From: Paraspadella gotoi
Lineage: Eukaryota > Animalia > Chaetognatha
Direction of reading: 5' to 3'
Assembly: GCA_051294375.1 (NCBI GenBank)
Contig: JBJCIZ010000239.1
Location: forward strand, 1,254,983-1,318,982
DNA length: 64,000 bases
Shown: positions 13,001-26,816 of the stretch, in pieces
How the letters are laid out: each line of letters opens with the position of its first letter
Position numbering within the stretch: position 1 is the stretch's first letter
Made by a program: the position numbers and the translations under genes
The notes under the pieces: generated by a model
What the model saw: the letters and a program-made list of their open reading frames with translations, nothing else
Told to the model about the DNA's origin: nothing
Database searches by the model: none

Positions 13001-15150
13001 CCTTCGACCTGCGATGGGGGGACGATTAAAAACAGACAATGAGCGAATGAACCGAAATTTGAAACAAGCAAAAAACAAAAAAACAAAAAACAAAAAAAAA
13101 AAAACTGGCGCGAGTTTTAAACAGGGAATTCGAGAAAATTTCTGTTGAAAAAAATTTGTATTTCTTCACGTTGATAAATTGATGCCTTTTGGCTTAAACC
13201 CGAATTTGCTTTAAGCAAACAGCGGTTTTCTTTAGAAAAAAGAAAGAATAAAACTGTGAATGAAAACGAGGCGAAACGGAAAAACGAAACTGGAAACGCC
13301 AAAAAAAAAGGCGGGGACGGGGGGGACGGGAAAACCGGAAAACCAACCCAAAAGGGGCGGAACCCGGGGGAATTTTGTTTTCCGTTTTCTGGGGTTTCCG
13401 GGGGTTTTTCCGTCGGGGGGTTTTCCGCCGCCGGAAAAACATTCGTCTTCCTCACGCGAAAGCCGAGTTCTTTTCGAGCTCGCGGATCAGTGGGCGACCG
13501 CAACTGACTCCTCAGCGTCCCCGAGCTGGCGGGGGGATTTTCCGGGCTTGCCTTTTCCCGCCGCCGCGCCCTTTTTTTTATAATTGACGTCGTAATTGAC
13601 GGTGAGACGCTGGTCGGCGTTGTTTGTTGCTGGCGCCGACGTTGCGATTCCGGAAATTTCTGGCGTGGCTAGCGCGTTGATTGCCGCGATTGCGGTTTGC
13701 ATGTTTGGACGCCTCGAGTCGGGCGGCGGCGGAGCTTAATTCGGTCATGTGCAACTCTTTCAGAGGAGTCTGGGTGTCATCTTCGTCTTCGTCATCGTCA
13801 TCGATCTTCGTTGTTATTTTCGTCTTCCTCGGCGTTTTGACGTTGCGTGCTTTCCTTTGTTCTTTCCCTTTTTTCCTTTTTTATCTTTTTTTCCTTTTTT
13901 ATCTTTTTTTCCCTTTTTTTTCTTTGACCCTGCAAAAGTTTGGAAAGATCGATTTAGCCCAACCCGCCCTCTCATTCCAACTGGACCGTGTCAGGGGGAC
14001 TCCTCGCTTCTTCCTTGATTCTTGGATCGGGCCTTTGTCGTTCCTTTGGCCTTCTTGCCCGCTTTGCCCTTACCAGAGGTCGGTGAGAAATGTTCCGTCT
14101 GATCCTCACCGTCCTGAAGCGGCGGATCTTCTGAGATTGACAATGACTGTTCCAAGGTGGTGCAAATCTAATTTGTGGCTCCATGTAAGAGTAGTTTAGG
14201 TTGTAAGTTTTCGCTATCTTTCCTTTCTGGTTGGTTTGCTCGAATGCCTTTGAATCTGTGGGTGAGAATCTGATCGATGATAAATTGGTTGCGAGATGTT
14301 CATGTTATTTTTATCAATTAGTAATTTTTGGTTTTAGTTCTGCGGAGCGCGTGAGTATACCCTGTTTCGCTTCAAGCTGCAGAGTCTCGGCTAAAGCTTG
14401 GCAGGATCTTTCCAGTCGCGCGAATGATTCGACGTTTTCTTTCTCGTTTTCCTTGTGGGCCTCGATTTTTTTCCGCTTTTGCAGATGCTGGTCGCTGCTG
14501 GCACTATTTCGGATCGTGTGCCTAGCGACTCGTTCGCACGCGCCTCCTTTCCCCCGGGCCTCAGATTTTTTTGCCCGTTCCTCTCTTCTCCGCCCGCCTT
14601 CTACCCGCTTGTCGTCCTTTCTTTGCCTTATCCTTCCTGTCTTGCCTCTGAGAGAGTTAGAAACATGAATATATTTGTCAAAAAGAGAATTAATCAAATT
14701 TAAGATGCCAAATATGATATTATAAGCTGAAAGATAAATTATTAATAACGAAATTTTAAATACAAATATTCATAAACTAAAAACTTGAGAATGGTGTAAG
14801 TCGTGGAGAGTAAAAAAATTATATCTCCACGACACCCTTGAGTGCGAAAACTTCGATCGAGAATAAAACCTTACTTTGGCTTGGTTGGAGGGGAAGAGTG
14901 AGGGTCGATCGGAGAGTGGTTATGTTTAGTTCCCAGAGTCTGTTGTGATGTAGGCTAAACTGAGTATATATTTCGTTAGGTTGGCGAAAATTAAACCTCT
15001 TTTCACGAGGATTATTCTGAGTTCAACGGTTTGAAGGCTGAGAACTTACCCTTGCTCGTCGTGTGCTGTTTTCTCTGCGCGCGTCCTGTCCTCATCGCGC
15101 AGTCTCGCGGTTCGCGACGCTCTCGCTCTATCCATTATTCTCCCTCCATT
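10100..15150 (-). other. Putative antisense multi-exon gene of unknown function inside a myosin intron (indel-damaged)
   Basis: Alternating GC-rich blocks and AT/microsatellite spacers with minus-strand donors (GTAAGT 15049, GTAAGG 12466 or GTGAGG 12457, GTGAGC 12186, GTGAGC 11964, GTGAGT 11367, GTGGAG 10818). CAG acceptors precede 14647, 12401, 12049, 11756, 11021 and 10384, two with an adjacent CTAAC branch site. Confidence 0.45.
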
Positions 15151-18100
15151 TACTCTGGAGAGCAGAAGAGAGGAGAGGAGGGAGAGGTTAGCGTGGACAA
15201 GCAGGCGTCAGTCTTAACGTTTGACCAAGGAATGCGTGGAACATACGAGAGACCGTGGCAGGGCGTGTCCGGAAAAGAGTAGGACAGTTTGACTTGACAA
15301 AGCTCAGCAGCCCGCTACAAGAGGCCATACTAAAAAAAAAGAATAGCTTTGACTCGTGAGTAAAAGCTTCGGTGAGTCAAAATCTAGGACGGACCGGGTC
15401 AAGAGCGGTGCCAGACAGTTAAAAGACCGCGGCCCTAGCGTGACAGACCGTCCATGGATCCCCATACTTGGGACGATTAGAGATCAGTGACACAATAACG
15501 ATAAGTGAAAAGAGAGATCGCTGGGCATAGAAGGCTTATAATATTCTCAAAGTGGAAGGAATAAACGAAATATTACCTAATATACTTGGCCGTNNNNNNN
15601 NNNNNNNNNNNNNNNNNNCGGGACGTAAAGGGGTGGCGACAAAGTAAGGTTCACGAGGGGAAGAGGTACGACCTCGGGTAAGAGGGGATTAGCAGAGGTT
15701 AATGAAAAAACGACGCGCCAAAATCCAAAGCCGGGGTAAGTTAAGAGTAGGGTCAAAAGTAAGGCAGCAAAAAGGGGAAAGGAGAAGGGGAAAAAAATGT
15801 TTGAGGCGAGGAAACGAAGTTCTCCAGGAGGAGGGTAAAAAACTGGTGAGTGAAACTGTTTAAACCAAAATGAAAGAAATTGTTAGTCCGTTTGGGAATA
15901 GAACAGAATAAAGCGAGGGGAACAGATGCCAGTTCGAGTAAAAAAAGAACAACTGGGATTTCTGGTTTTTATGATTAAATGCTATTTTAACAATTTAATA
16001 TAATAATGGACTGATGCATTCGCGGTAATGAAGTAAAAGGAAAAGACTATGAAATTGGTACATACCAATATAAAAATTAATCCATTCCATTATAATAAGC
16101 TATCTTGCCCCTGAACTTTGGACAGGCTTTGGTGGTTTAAGGATCCATACACTCTTACAAGATAAGACATTAGCAGGTCCCTGGCCAAGCTTTCAATCAA
16201 GACTCTCTCACAGTCTCGTTTATTCACTCCCGAGTACCTGGCATTCCCTATCCAATGAAGTGGTATAATATTTCAAAGAATGTTTCAATTGTATGAAAAG
16301 GACCACTCCCTTAAGTATTAGATCGGGGAATAACTTATTGTACTCCGCACTAACATCAAAATACAAGGAGCTGAAAATTTTATGAAATTGTACAAACCAA
16401 TATAAAAATTATCCATTCATTTTAATAAATAAGCCTAATCTTGCCATCCTGACTTTGGACCAGGCGTTTGGTGGTTTAAGGCCTCATCACTCTTACAAGA
16501 TAATGACATAGCAGGTCCCTGCAAGCTTTCAATCAAGACTTCTCAACAGTCTCGTTTTAATTTCAAAATCCCCAGAGTAACCTGGCTTCCCTATCAATGA
16601 ATGGTATAATATTTCAAAAGAATGTTCAATTGTATGTTTGCAACAAAAATAAAATAAAACTAAAAATGGCAGCTTTGCTGAAATGAAGTGAAATCAAATG
16701 AGCGGCCATAAAAAATATAAGTCTGAGCCATAATATGCTAATTTAAGATGAGATGTGTAAGGAGGAGTTCGGACTATAAACATTAAACAAATCATAATGA
16801 TCAAGAGATATATAACGATTCAATTCCACCAAAGAAAAGCTTTTTATTTATGGGATTTTAGATCGTTACCTTTTTTGACGGAAGACGAGTTTTCTCTTGA
16901 TTTATTTTCTCAGCCATTTTACACCTCTCTCTTTTCTGATTTCTGATTTTTTTATTTATTTATTCGTTTTTTTCTTTTTTTCTTTTTTTTTCTCTCTTTG
17001 CAATTTAACTTTTAATTCTTTAGCTTTTTCCCATTGTTTCGATATAGACTAAATGAAAAATGCAATATTACTTGTTTTACTATTTTAATTTTTAAATATA
17101 AAAATATTCAATACAAATATTTATGACAAATTATTTCTTTTTATATTTTTATATTTTTATAATTAATTTTTATTAATTTTGTTTTTGAAAATCTAAATTT
17201 TACATCTATATTTTACATCTCATTATTAAATTATTTTATTTTGATATTTTTTCTTTTCTCCTCTTTTCCGTATTCGCTTCCCTTCGAACGCGGTTCGACG
17301 ACATCTCGGCGTAACAGGGCGTGACAAGCGGCGTCAGTCTCTTAACGTTGAAGCCAAGAGCGTGACAACGAGAGACCGTGGCCAGGCCGTGTCCGGAAAG
17401 AGTAAGGGACAGTGACTTGAAAAGCAGAGCCCGCTACAGAGAGGCCATACTAAAAAAAAAAGAAGAGCTTTGACTCGATGAAGAAAAGTTTCGTGTNNNN
17501 NNNNNNNNNNNNNNNNNNNNNNNNNNNNNNNNNNNNNNNNNNNNNNNNNNNNNNNNNNNNNNNNNNNNNNNNNNNNNNNNNNNNNNNNNNNNNNNNNNNN
17601 NNNNNNNNNNNNNNNNNNNNNNNNNNNNNNNNNNNNNNNNNNNNNNNNNNNNNNNNNNNNNNNNNNNNNNNNNNNNNNNNNNNNNNNNNNNNNNNNNNNN
17701 NNNNNNNNNNNNNNNNNNNNNNNNNNNNNNNNNNNNNNNNNNNNNNNNNNNNNNNNNNNNNNNNNNNNNNNNNNNNNNNNNNNNNNNNNNNNNNNNNNNN
17801 NNNNNNNNNNNNNNNNNNNNNNNNNNNNNNNNNNNNNNNNNNNNNNNNNNNNNNNNNNNNNNNNNNNNNNNNNNNNNNNNNNNNNNNNNNNNNNNNNNNN
17901 NNNNNNNNNNNNNNNNNNNNNNNNNNNNNNNNNNNNNNNNNNNNNNNNNNNNNNNNNNNNNNNNNNNNNNNNNNNNNNNNNNNNNNNNNNNNNNNNNNNN
18001 NNNNNNNNNNNNNNNNNNNNNNNNNNNNNNNNNNNNNNNNNNNNNNNNNNNNNNNNNNNNNNNNNNNNNNNNNNNNNNNNNNNNNNNNNNNNNNNNNNNN

Positions 18101-18255
18101 NNNNNNNNNNNNNNNNNNNNNNNNNNNNNNNNNNNNNNNNNNNNNNNNNNNNNNNNNNNNNNNNNNNNNNNNNNNNNNNNNNNNNNNNNNNNNNNNNNNN
18201 NNNNNNNNNNNNNNNNNNNNNNNNNNNNNNNNNNNNNNNNNNNNNNNNNNNNNNN

Positions 18256-18394
18256 GGGATGGACGACAAGAGGGAAATGAAAGACACCGACGCCGCCTTC
18301 GACATTTTGGGTTTCAGTCAAGAGGAAAAGATCGATCTTTTCAAGGGAACCGCCGCCATCTGCTATTTGGGCAACACCGTCTTCGGACAGAGAG
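18256..18394 (+). CDS. Mhc: Myosin II heavy chain exon, 5' part lost in N gap (GMDDKREMKDTDAAFDILGFSQEEKIDLFKGTAAICYLGNTVFGQR)
   Basis: DD..E...TD.AFDILGF..EEK motif; GTGAGG donor at 18395. Confidence 0.9.
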
Positions 18395-20980
18395 GTGAGG
18401 GGAGTGGCTGCGGAACTCGGAAGAATGAGGGATCAAGGGGCGAGGCGATGCTATCGAGGGTCAGCATTAAGGCGGGCCGGAATTCCAACCGTTTTTTTTT
18501 TTTCAAGATATATTTAAAAAATTGCGATAAAAAGTCCTTTAGTCCTTTTAACAACCGAAATGATTAATGACGTTAAGATTTTCAATTTTGATTTATTTTT
18601 CCTTTTTTTTTTTTTTTGCATGCGAGGATTTTGGTTTTTTTTATATTTAATGATGTATAAAAAAAAATACCTTAAAATTTTTTTTTTCAAATTTAAATTT
18701 TTGAAAAACGGATTATGATAGATATTTAAGTAGAGAGATTTTGTGGGTATTACAAGTGCATTATTTTTTTTGGCCAATATTTCAATTCAAATAGCGGAAT
18801 CATATTTCGAGGCATTTCAAATACAACAAAGAATTATGATAGAGATTTAAAATTTAGATAAAGGCTCGTAATACAAATTTTCAAAATTTTAACGATAAAT
18901 CGGTCGAAAATTTAAAAAACTTAAAAACATCATCATCATTCCAAAAAACTTTGATATTTTTGCTGATTTTTATAGACAAATCATTACACTTACGAACACG
19001 CACACGCAAGAGGCAAAATCACACACAAACGTAGACCCCGCGAAACTTCCATCTGCTGAGGCGCCCAGACCGTTGACGAATCTGCGGCGTTGCTATTCGC
19101 CGATGGAGTTGATCCTTGCATCAATGGCGCCTCTTTCCCTTTTCGCGGAATTTTGCTATTCCCTACNNNNNNNNNNCCGAAAGCGAAAAACTAGCGACGT
19201 CATTGTTATTTACGTCTTTCGGGGCGCGAATTCGATAAGAAAAATTGGGCTCTCTTTTCCGAGAGTGCCCCCTTAGAACTGTGGAGGCGTGGAGAAGGGG
19301 AAAAGCGGCTCGAGACGTGCGGAAGAAGGCGCATCTTTCAAACGCGGAGAAAATCTGTTGTCGGACATATTTTTTTTTTAAACGGATGAAATTTTAATTT
19401 TTACGGACCCTTAAATATTTTAAAAATTGTCTCCGAAAGTGTAAAATTCAAAGAGAGGATTTAAAATTTAAAGAATTCTATAACTAACGATTGGGTAAAG
19501 AAAAAAAAAGATAAGGGAAACTTATTATGCTTTGTAACGTAAAGGATTCGGTTCCAAGTTTTAAAACTTAGTAACAAAACAAGAAAATCAAGATAGAAAA
19601 ACGAAGGATAAAAAAAAAACAACCGATGAAACCTGGGCTCGTCAATTTTTATGGTTTCTTCCTTGGCGCGTTTGTTTGGGTGATTGCCCAATGCCCACCT
19701 GAGCTTGCTGGTGATTGTCTACCTGAGCTTGTGAGTGATTGCCCACCCGAGCTCGGGGGTGATTGCCCCTTCGAGTTAAGGAAGGTGAGTTGAGGTAAGT
19801 TCGAATTTTTCCTTCGTTCCCTGAGTGATTAGTTGTCTTGCTTCACTTACCTTCCTGGGGTGATAACTCTTGTTGGCCCCAGAAGGTAGATTTTTAAAGC
19901 AAAAAAGTTAACCGAAAAAGGGGTGGATGTGTATGCGGAAATTACAAGGGGTGGTAAAAATTGTAATTGATTCTTGAGCCACATAATTAAAAAAAAGTCG
20001 ATATGAAATAGGCAAAAGATAAAATGTTTACAATATTTACAATTTGGTAAGCAAAGGAAAAAGGAAACTGAAAGTAAAGTATGCACATATATAAAGTTTT
20101 TTAAAAGACAACACAAACAAAATAAATGGATATTTTTATTTCAGGAATTACCATGTTAAATACAAAACAAAACAAAAACAACTTATGCCGAATTATAAAG
20201 TCAATGCGCTTAAAATAGTAATTCCTTATTAATCGTCAATAANNNNNNNNNNNNNNNNNNNNNNNNNNNNNNNNNNNNNNNNNNNNNNNNNNNNNNNNNN
20301 NNNNNNNNNNNNNNNNNNNNNNNNNNNNNNNNNNNNNNNNNNNNNNNNNNNNNNNNNNNNNNNNNNNNNNNNNNNNNNNNNNNNNNNNNNNNNNNNNNNN
20401 NNNNNNNNNNNNNNNNNNNNNNNNNNNNNNNNNNNNNNNNNNNNNNNNNNNNNNNNNNNNNNNNNNNNNNNNNNNNNNNNNNNNNNNNNNNNNNNNNNNN
20501 NNNNNNNNNNNNNNNNNNNNNNNNNNNNNNNNNNNNNNNNNNNNNNNNNNNNNNNNNNNNNNNNNNNNNNNNNNNNNNNNNNNNNNNNNNNNNNNNNNNN
20601 NNNNNNNNNNNNNNNNNNNNNNNNNNNNNNNNNNNNNNNNNNNNNNNNNNNNNNNNNNNNNNNNNNNNNNNTTTTTTTTTAATTTTGGTTTTCAATTTTT
20701 GTCGAATGTTCCGAATCGGCTGAAAAAATTGTTGACGCTTTCCAAAAGAGCCTTTAAAACGCAATGCTAAGTGTGGGCGAGAAATAAAGATTGAGCCTCC
20801 ATCACTCTTACAAGATATTAACTTTACAATAACATAATCAGGACCCTGTAAGACTTCAATCAAGACTCACAGTCTCGTGTCAATTGTATGTCACGCTCAG
20901 TTATCATTCACCACGAATGGACTCACCTCTCACGCAAATTCGCCTTTCCCTAACCCTTACCCCGACTCTTTTTATTTCAG

Positions 20981-21093
20981 GCAAAGACGAACAAGCCGTC
21001 GTAGAAACGAAGGAAGAACTTTCTCGAATTTCTTCTCTTTTGGGTTTAGACGAAGAGGAATTCACGGATTGCCTCTTGAAGCCGAAGATTAAG
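20981..21093 (+). CDS. Mhc: Myosin II heavy chain exon (KDEQAVVETKEELSRISSLLGLDEEEFTDCLLKPKIK)
   Basis: EQA...LLG......L.KPKIK motif; tttcAG acceptor and GTGGGT donor; in phase with neighbouring exons. Confidence 0.9.
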
Positions 21094-21644
21094 GTGGGTG
21101 GAGAGTGGATGGGTGAGTGGCTGGGTAGGTGGAAGGTGGGAGTGGGTTAAGACAAGGTGGGATTTAAAGACTGATGGATCAGGGAAGACTGGAGGTGAGG
21201 CGTTGTCGAATTGAGGTTTGGAAAGAATTCGAACGAGTCCAGGGTTTGAGTGACATATTTTTGGCCGGGCTGGTTTTCTCTCTCTCTCTCTCTCTTTCTA
21301 TCTCTCTGTCTCTCTCTCTCTTTCTCATTTCACGCAAACTCATTTACTCATTTACTCCTGTTCGCCTGCTCTTTCTCTGTCTCTTGCATTTTTCTCTCTC
21401 ACTCCCTCNNNNNNNNNNNNNNNNNNNNNNNNNNNNNNNNNNNNNNNNNNNNNNNNNNNNNNNNNNNNNNNNNNNNNNNNNNNNNNNNNNNNNNNNNNNN
21501 NNNNNNNNNNNNNNNNNNNNNNNNNNNNNNNNNNNNNNNNNNNNNNNNNNNNNNNNNNNNNNNNNNNNNNNNNNNNNNNNNNNNNNNNNNNNNNNNNNNN
21601 NNNNNNNNNNNNNNNNNNNNNNNNNNNNNNNNNNCCCCCCCCAG

Positions 21645-21822
21645 GTCGGCAACGACTTCGTGAAAAAAGGCCAAAACCGAGACCAAGTGCATTTCTCCGT
21701 CTCCGCTTTGGCCAAATCCCTCTACTCGCGGATGTTCGATTGGCTCGTCGCCAAAGTCAATCAGACTCTGGACGTCGTGGGAAGTCAGAGGGTCGCCTTC
21801 ATCGGGGTGCTGGACATCGCCG
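21645..21822 (+). CDS. Mhc: Myosin II heavy chain exon, switch 2 start ([35 protein letters not shown]...FIGVLDIAG)
   Basis: ALAKSLY.RMF.WLV and FIGVLDIAG motifs; AG/GT boundaries. Confidence 0.95.
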
Positions 21823-21913
21823 GTCATTTGCTCTCGATGTTGAAGTTTCCGTTGTTGGTTTTGTTGTTGTTTCGTCATCGGATGACGTTTCTGTTTGTTT
21901 TTTTTTTAAGTTT

Positions 21914-22005
21914 TTAGTTCCGCCGCGAGTACTCGCGGAGCGACTCTATAAGTCACTTTTCGATTGGTCTGTCCGTCGGTCGGTCTGTCAGTCTGTCCCA
22001 CTTAC
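21914..22005 (+). mobile_element. 5' fragment of the Helentron/DINE-like family
   Basis: Perfect palindrome CCGCGAGTACTCGCGG, then ACTCTATAAGTCAC and the GTCTGTCCGTCGG microsatellite. Confidence 0.5.
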
Positions 22006-23615
22006 TCAATCTCGACGCATTATTGAATACACATTACACAGTGGTACCAAGAATGTAAAGTTTTTTTTTCATATCGTCCACTCATTTTTGGAAGGGTCCT
22101 ATGGAAGCTATACTTCATAATTGAGAGCCTGACATGAACTAAACATCACATAAAATGACCAATCAAATAATTGATAAATAATAAATAATAAATAATTAAT
22201 AATTGATAAATTGTCTCTTTTATTTCAGAAAAAAATAATTGATAAAACTAAATTTTTTTTCAGATATATCATTAAGTAAATATTATTAGTAATTAGTAAA
22301 TTTTTCCTATGGGGGGTAAGTTGTTTTTGTGAGCTCAGCAGCGTTGAAATCTCCTTTGGTTTTCCTCATTGTTTAACGAAAGGTTATTTGTTAATCCCGT
22401 TGTAATGTCTTATTGTTGTTTTGTATTTTTTTCGTTTTTGTAAATATTAATTAATTTCATTGTCGTTGTCGTTGTAATTGGCTTTTTTATAAATATGTAA
22501 ATGTCCCTCTCATCGAATTAATTCGTCTCATTATCTTCGTCCTTGCGTTGTTGTTGAGAGAAAGGATCGGAGCGGATCTCTATATCACCTTTTCGATTGG
22601 TCTGTCCGTCGTCGTTCTGTCCAGTCTGTTCACCACTACTCAATTCGACGCATTATTGATACAACATTACAGCAGTGCGTACAAGAAATTATTTTTTTTT
22701 AATATTGTCCCACTCATTTTTGGAAGGGTCCATGGAAGCTATATTCATAATTGAGAGCCTGACATGAAACTAAACCATACACAATAAATGGACCAATCAA
22801 TAATTGATAAATAATAAATAATAAATAATTAATAATTGGAATAATTGTCTCTTTTTATTTCCCAGAAAAAATCATTGATTAAACTAAATTTTTTTTCAGA
22901 TATAATCATTAAGTATATTATTAGTAATTAGTAAATTTTTCCTATGGGGGGTAAGTTGTTTTTTTGTGAGCTCAAGCAGCGTTGAATCCTCCTTTGGTTT
23001 TCCTCAATGTGTTTAACGGAAAGGTTATTTTTGTTATCCCGTTGTAAATGTCTTATTGTTGTTTGTATTTTTTTTCGTTTTTGTAATATTTAATTAATTT
23101 CATTGGTCGTTTGGTCGTGTAATGGCTTTTTTTATAAATATGTAAACTGTCCCTCTCATCGAATTAATTCGTCTCATTAATCTTCGTCCTTGCGTAATTG
23201 TTGTTGTTGTTGTTGTCTTTTCTTGGTTGTTATTGTTTTTTCAGTTTGGCAGCCATTTCTCTCTTCATTCACACGTTTTTTCCCTCTTTTTCATTTTTTT
23301 CGTTCTCCGATTCAGCGCGTCTCTCTCTTCTCTCTCTCTTCTCCGCATCTCAACTACTACTCTGTTGCTTTCTTCTCTCTCGGTCGATTCTGGATCGTCT
23401 CATCCTCTTCAGTCGTGGTTAATGACTCTCCTCCGTTCTTCCTTAATTTTTAATTTTTCCTCCTTTTACTCAAATGTTTTTTTTTCTTTTCTACTCTTAT
23501 TTTTCTTTCCTTTTATTTTGTTTTTTCTTCTTCTTTCTTCTGCTTNNNNNNNNNNNNNNNNNNNNNNNNNCCCTCAACTCCCCGATATTTTTCCTCAAAG
23601 TCAGAGTTTTATTTT

Positions 23616-23900
23616 TTAGTTGCGCCGCGGTCTGTCTGTCCGTCAGTCTATCCCGCTGACGTTAAAAATGCATATAATTCCCTCATTTGTTAAGACAGAA
23701 AAAAACCTCAAATCTAAGTGACTGCTACTACTAGCTACTACTAGCAGTGCTAGCGCCGTCTTCAGGAATAAAAGACGGAATTTCGATGCAGTGCATGTCA
23801 TAAATACAAGGGCTAAGAAAGTTTTTTAGTCATGTCATGTCATGTGATACACTTGAAAATAAAGTCACTGCGTCGCAACGCATTGGAATCACCGTTTTTG
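23616..23900 (+). mobile_element. Helentron/DINE-1-like non-autonomous element
   Basis: Starts in a T-run (TTAGTTGCGCCGCG), has (GTCT/GTCC)n and (CATGT)n microsatellites and a 3' hairpin TGCGTCGCAACGCA. Homologues at 3918, 21914, 39118, 42422 and 61795 (minus strand). Confidence 0.5.
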
Positions 23901-24160
23901 TTTTAACTATTTTTTTTTAAATATTTTTTTCTTCTTTTCTATTTCCCCATTCTTCCTACCTTCTCTTTTTTTTCCCTTATATTCCTCCCTCCCTCCCCTT
24001 CATTTTCCTCCCTCCACCCATCTATTCTCCCCCACCTTCCTCATTCTCCCTCCCCTTCTTTCCCTCCTACCCTCTCTTCTTCTTCCTCTTCCTCCCTCTC
24101 TCTCCCTCCCTCTCCTTTTCCCCCCCCAACCCCCTCGCCTCTCTCCCCTTCTCCTCCAAG

Positions 24161-24396
24161 GCTTCGAGATCTTCGAGCTCAACACCTTCGAGCAACTCTG
24201 CATCAACTACACCAACGAACGACTCCAGCAATTCTTTAACCATCACATGTTCGTGCTGGAGCAAGAGGAGTACAAGAAGGAAGGGATCGAGTGGCAATTC
24301 ATCGACTTTGGTCTCGATCTGGAGAACACCATTGCTCTCATCGAGAAGAAGATGGGCATTCTGTCCATTTTGGAGGAAGAGTGCATCGTGCCCAAG
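24161..24396 (+). CDS. Mhc: Myosin II heavy chain exon, relay helix ([44 protein letters not shown]...LEEECIVPK)
   Basis: Near-invariant myosin II relay motif; AG at 24159-60 and GT at 24397. Confidence 0.97.
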
Positions 24397-25194
24397 GTGA
24401 TTGTTACAATTTTACTAGAGATTCTGTTATCAAGTTGGAGAGACATCGCCTGCTGTATTAGTAATTAATAAGCATTAAGCAATTTATGTGGGATTCGGTA
24501 TAGTTTTATTCGACACCAGGCATTCAATTCTTATAGCAGGATCATTTTTCGAAGTCGAAATATTTACATAAATATAAATATTAGTCTTAAAAATTATCGA
24601 ATGGTCTCTAATGGTCTCAAACAAAACTGCATTGGATTCTTATTACATTTTTAACCTTTTTAGTTATTACCGTTATTACGAATTGCTTAATATTCTCGAT
24701 TTGAAAGAGTTCCCTTCAAGCGATGGTTATTATGAATTTTATTAGCCATCGTCACTTGTTTTATTTAATTTGTCGCTTTATAACGTTCTTCTATCATATC
24801 CGTCATTTTGACGTTTCCCTGATTTTCTTTAAAAAACAAATTCTTTTACTAACTTCTTTCTCCGATAAATTATTTTTGAAAACTTTAGTTTGCCCGATTT
24901 TAAAAGATGTTTGAGAATTAGCTCTACATGCTTAAAGAAACTATATAAGTAGAACTGGTTGCAATATGTAAATGAGATTCTTGACCATTTTTTTTATTTG
25001 TAATTTTTTTAAATTGTAATTATTTTTTAAAGACATTACATATACTCATATGTTATTTCTAGGGGGGGCCAACGAGAGACAGAAAAAAAGAGAGAGCAAG
25101 AGAGTGATATAGAGAGAGAGAAAGAGAGATCTCTATAAATCGCATGACTTAAATATTCTTAGGCCAGACTTTCTTACATCTAACCCTCTCACTC

Positions 25195-25230
<36 letters not shown>

Positions 25231-25274
25231 TCTCTCTCTATCTCTCTCCCTCTTCCTCTCCCTCTCTCTCTCAG

Positions 25275-25401
25275 GCGACGGACAAGACCTTCCTGGAGAA
25301 ACTCATGAACACCCACATGGGGAAACATCCGTCGTTCGGAAAGCCGAAGCCGCCGAAGAAAGGAAAACCCGAATCTCATTTCGAAGTTCATCATTACGCC
25401 G
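25275..25401 (+). CDS. Mhc: Myosin II heavy chain exon (ATDKTFLEKLMNTHMGKHPSFGKPKPPKKGKPESHFEVHHYAG)
   Basis: ATD.TF..KL...H.GK and HF...HYAG motifs; tcAG acceptor and GT donor. Confidence 0.94.
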
Positions 25402-25557
25402 GTAGAGCGCGCCTGCGGGGTGGGGGGCCGTTTGTGGTTGCGTGGGCGTCGATGTGGGCGTGTGGGGCGTGTGGGAGTTTTGTGCGGATGTGAGATTTCA
25501 GAGTGTGGGCGATGGAGTGAACGCGTGTGGGCTAAATTGTTCGTCCTGGTTCCTGCT

Positions 25558-25633
<76 letters not shown>

Positions 25634-25885
25634 TGTCGCCTCATTCTCATTGAGTCATCAACTGCGCGAGAGCTTTTTTTGTTGTCGTCGTGTTTACTAC
25701 CTAAACGCCGTCGATGCCTGTTCAAGTTCAGTGTTCAAGCTGTTTAACGACTGTTTGTCGCGCGGTTTTTATCTGCGTGCGTCGACACGTGTGCGGAATG
25801 TCACGTGTGTCACGTACACGCTGAGTGTAATAAATTCTTTCGTTTGAGTCAGTCGCATCCTCTTTTGCTTCGTTCTTTGGCTTTA

Positions 25886-26025
<140 letters not shown>

Positions 26026-26613
26026 TTTCGTTCGACACTTCGGATAATTCCTCAATTAATGAGGTTTCCGTATTTAAATATATGCGGAGGTCAGTTATTA
26101 CCCAGTTATCACAGGTTCCCATTCTCATTGTCTGTCATTAGTAGAAAGAGAACGGAGGTTGTTATCAGCAATACGTTAATAGCTTCGGTCAGCTTAACGT
26201 CGCTCCTTTGCGATACATTTAATTCTTGTCATAATCGTTTATTTAAAAGACAGAGTTAACCTCCCTTAATTTCCAAGAGAGAAAAAGCGTCCTTTTGAAG
26301 ACATCGATAGCAATACTTCCTTTGCATTTGATTAATAAAGTTGCACCGTTCATTTTCTTCCGAGTTTATAGCATTGGTCATTAAGAGAATAAATGTGGAT
26401 AAGACGCAAAGTGAACTGAAGATAACTTCTCAATGAATAATTTTATTTTTAAACTTTCCTTTTTCCGTAACTTTTTCAACTTCTTTTTAGCAGAAACGGC
26501 TTGGCACAATAATATAATATAATATATTAAAATATATTATAATATACTATATTATTTGGCGGGATAATACTGAGCGATAGTCTTCGAAAGCGCCCGTCAT
26601 CTCAGCAACATAA

Positions 26614-26651
<38 letters not shown>

Positions 26652-26781
26652 TCTCTCATCTCCTCTCCTCTCTCTTCCTCTCTCTCTTCTCTCTCTGTCC
26701 ATAGACCTCAACTGCGCAATAAAGAAAGAATCCAAAACGAAATCCCCTGCACAAATTTCTTCAATTTTCTTTCGTCAAAGC

Positions 26782-26816
<35 letters not shown>

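Noticed and set aside
17334-18398. ORFs spanning N runs, and (GA)n/(TC)n ORFs throughout the window (ERER/LSLS)
   Set aside because: Artefacts of gaps and dinucleotide microsatellites.
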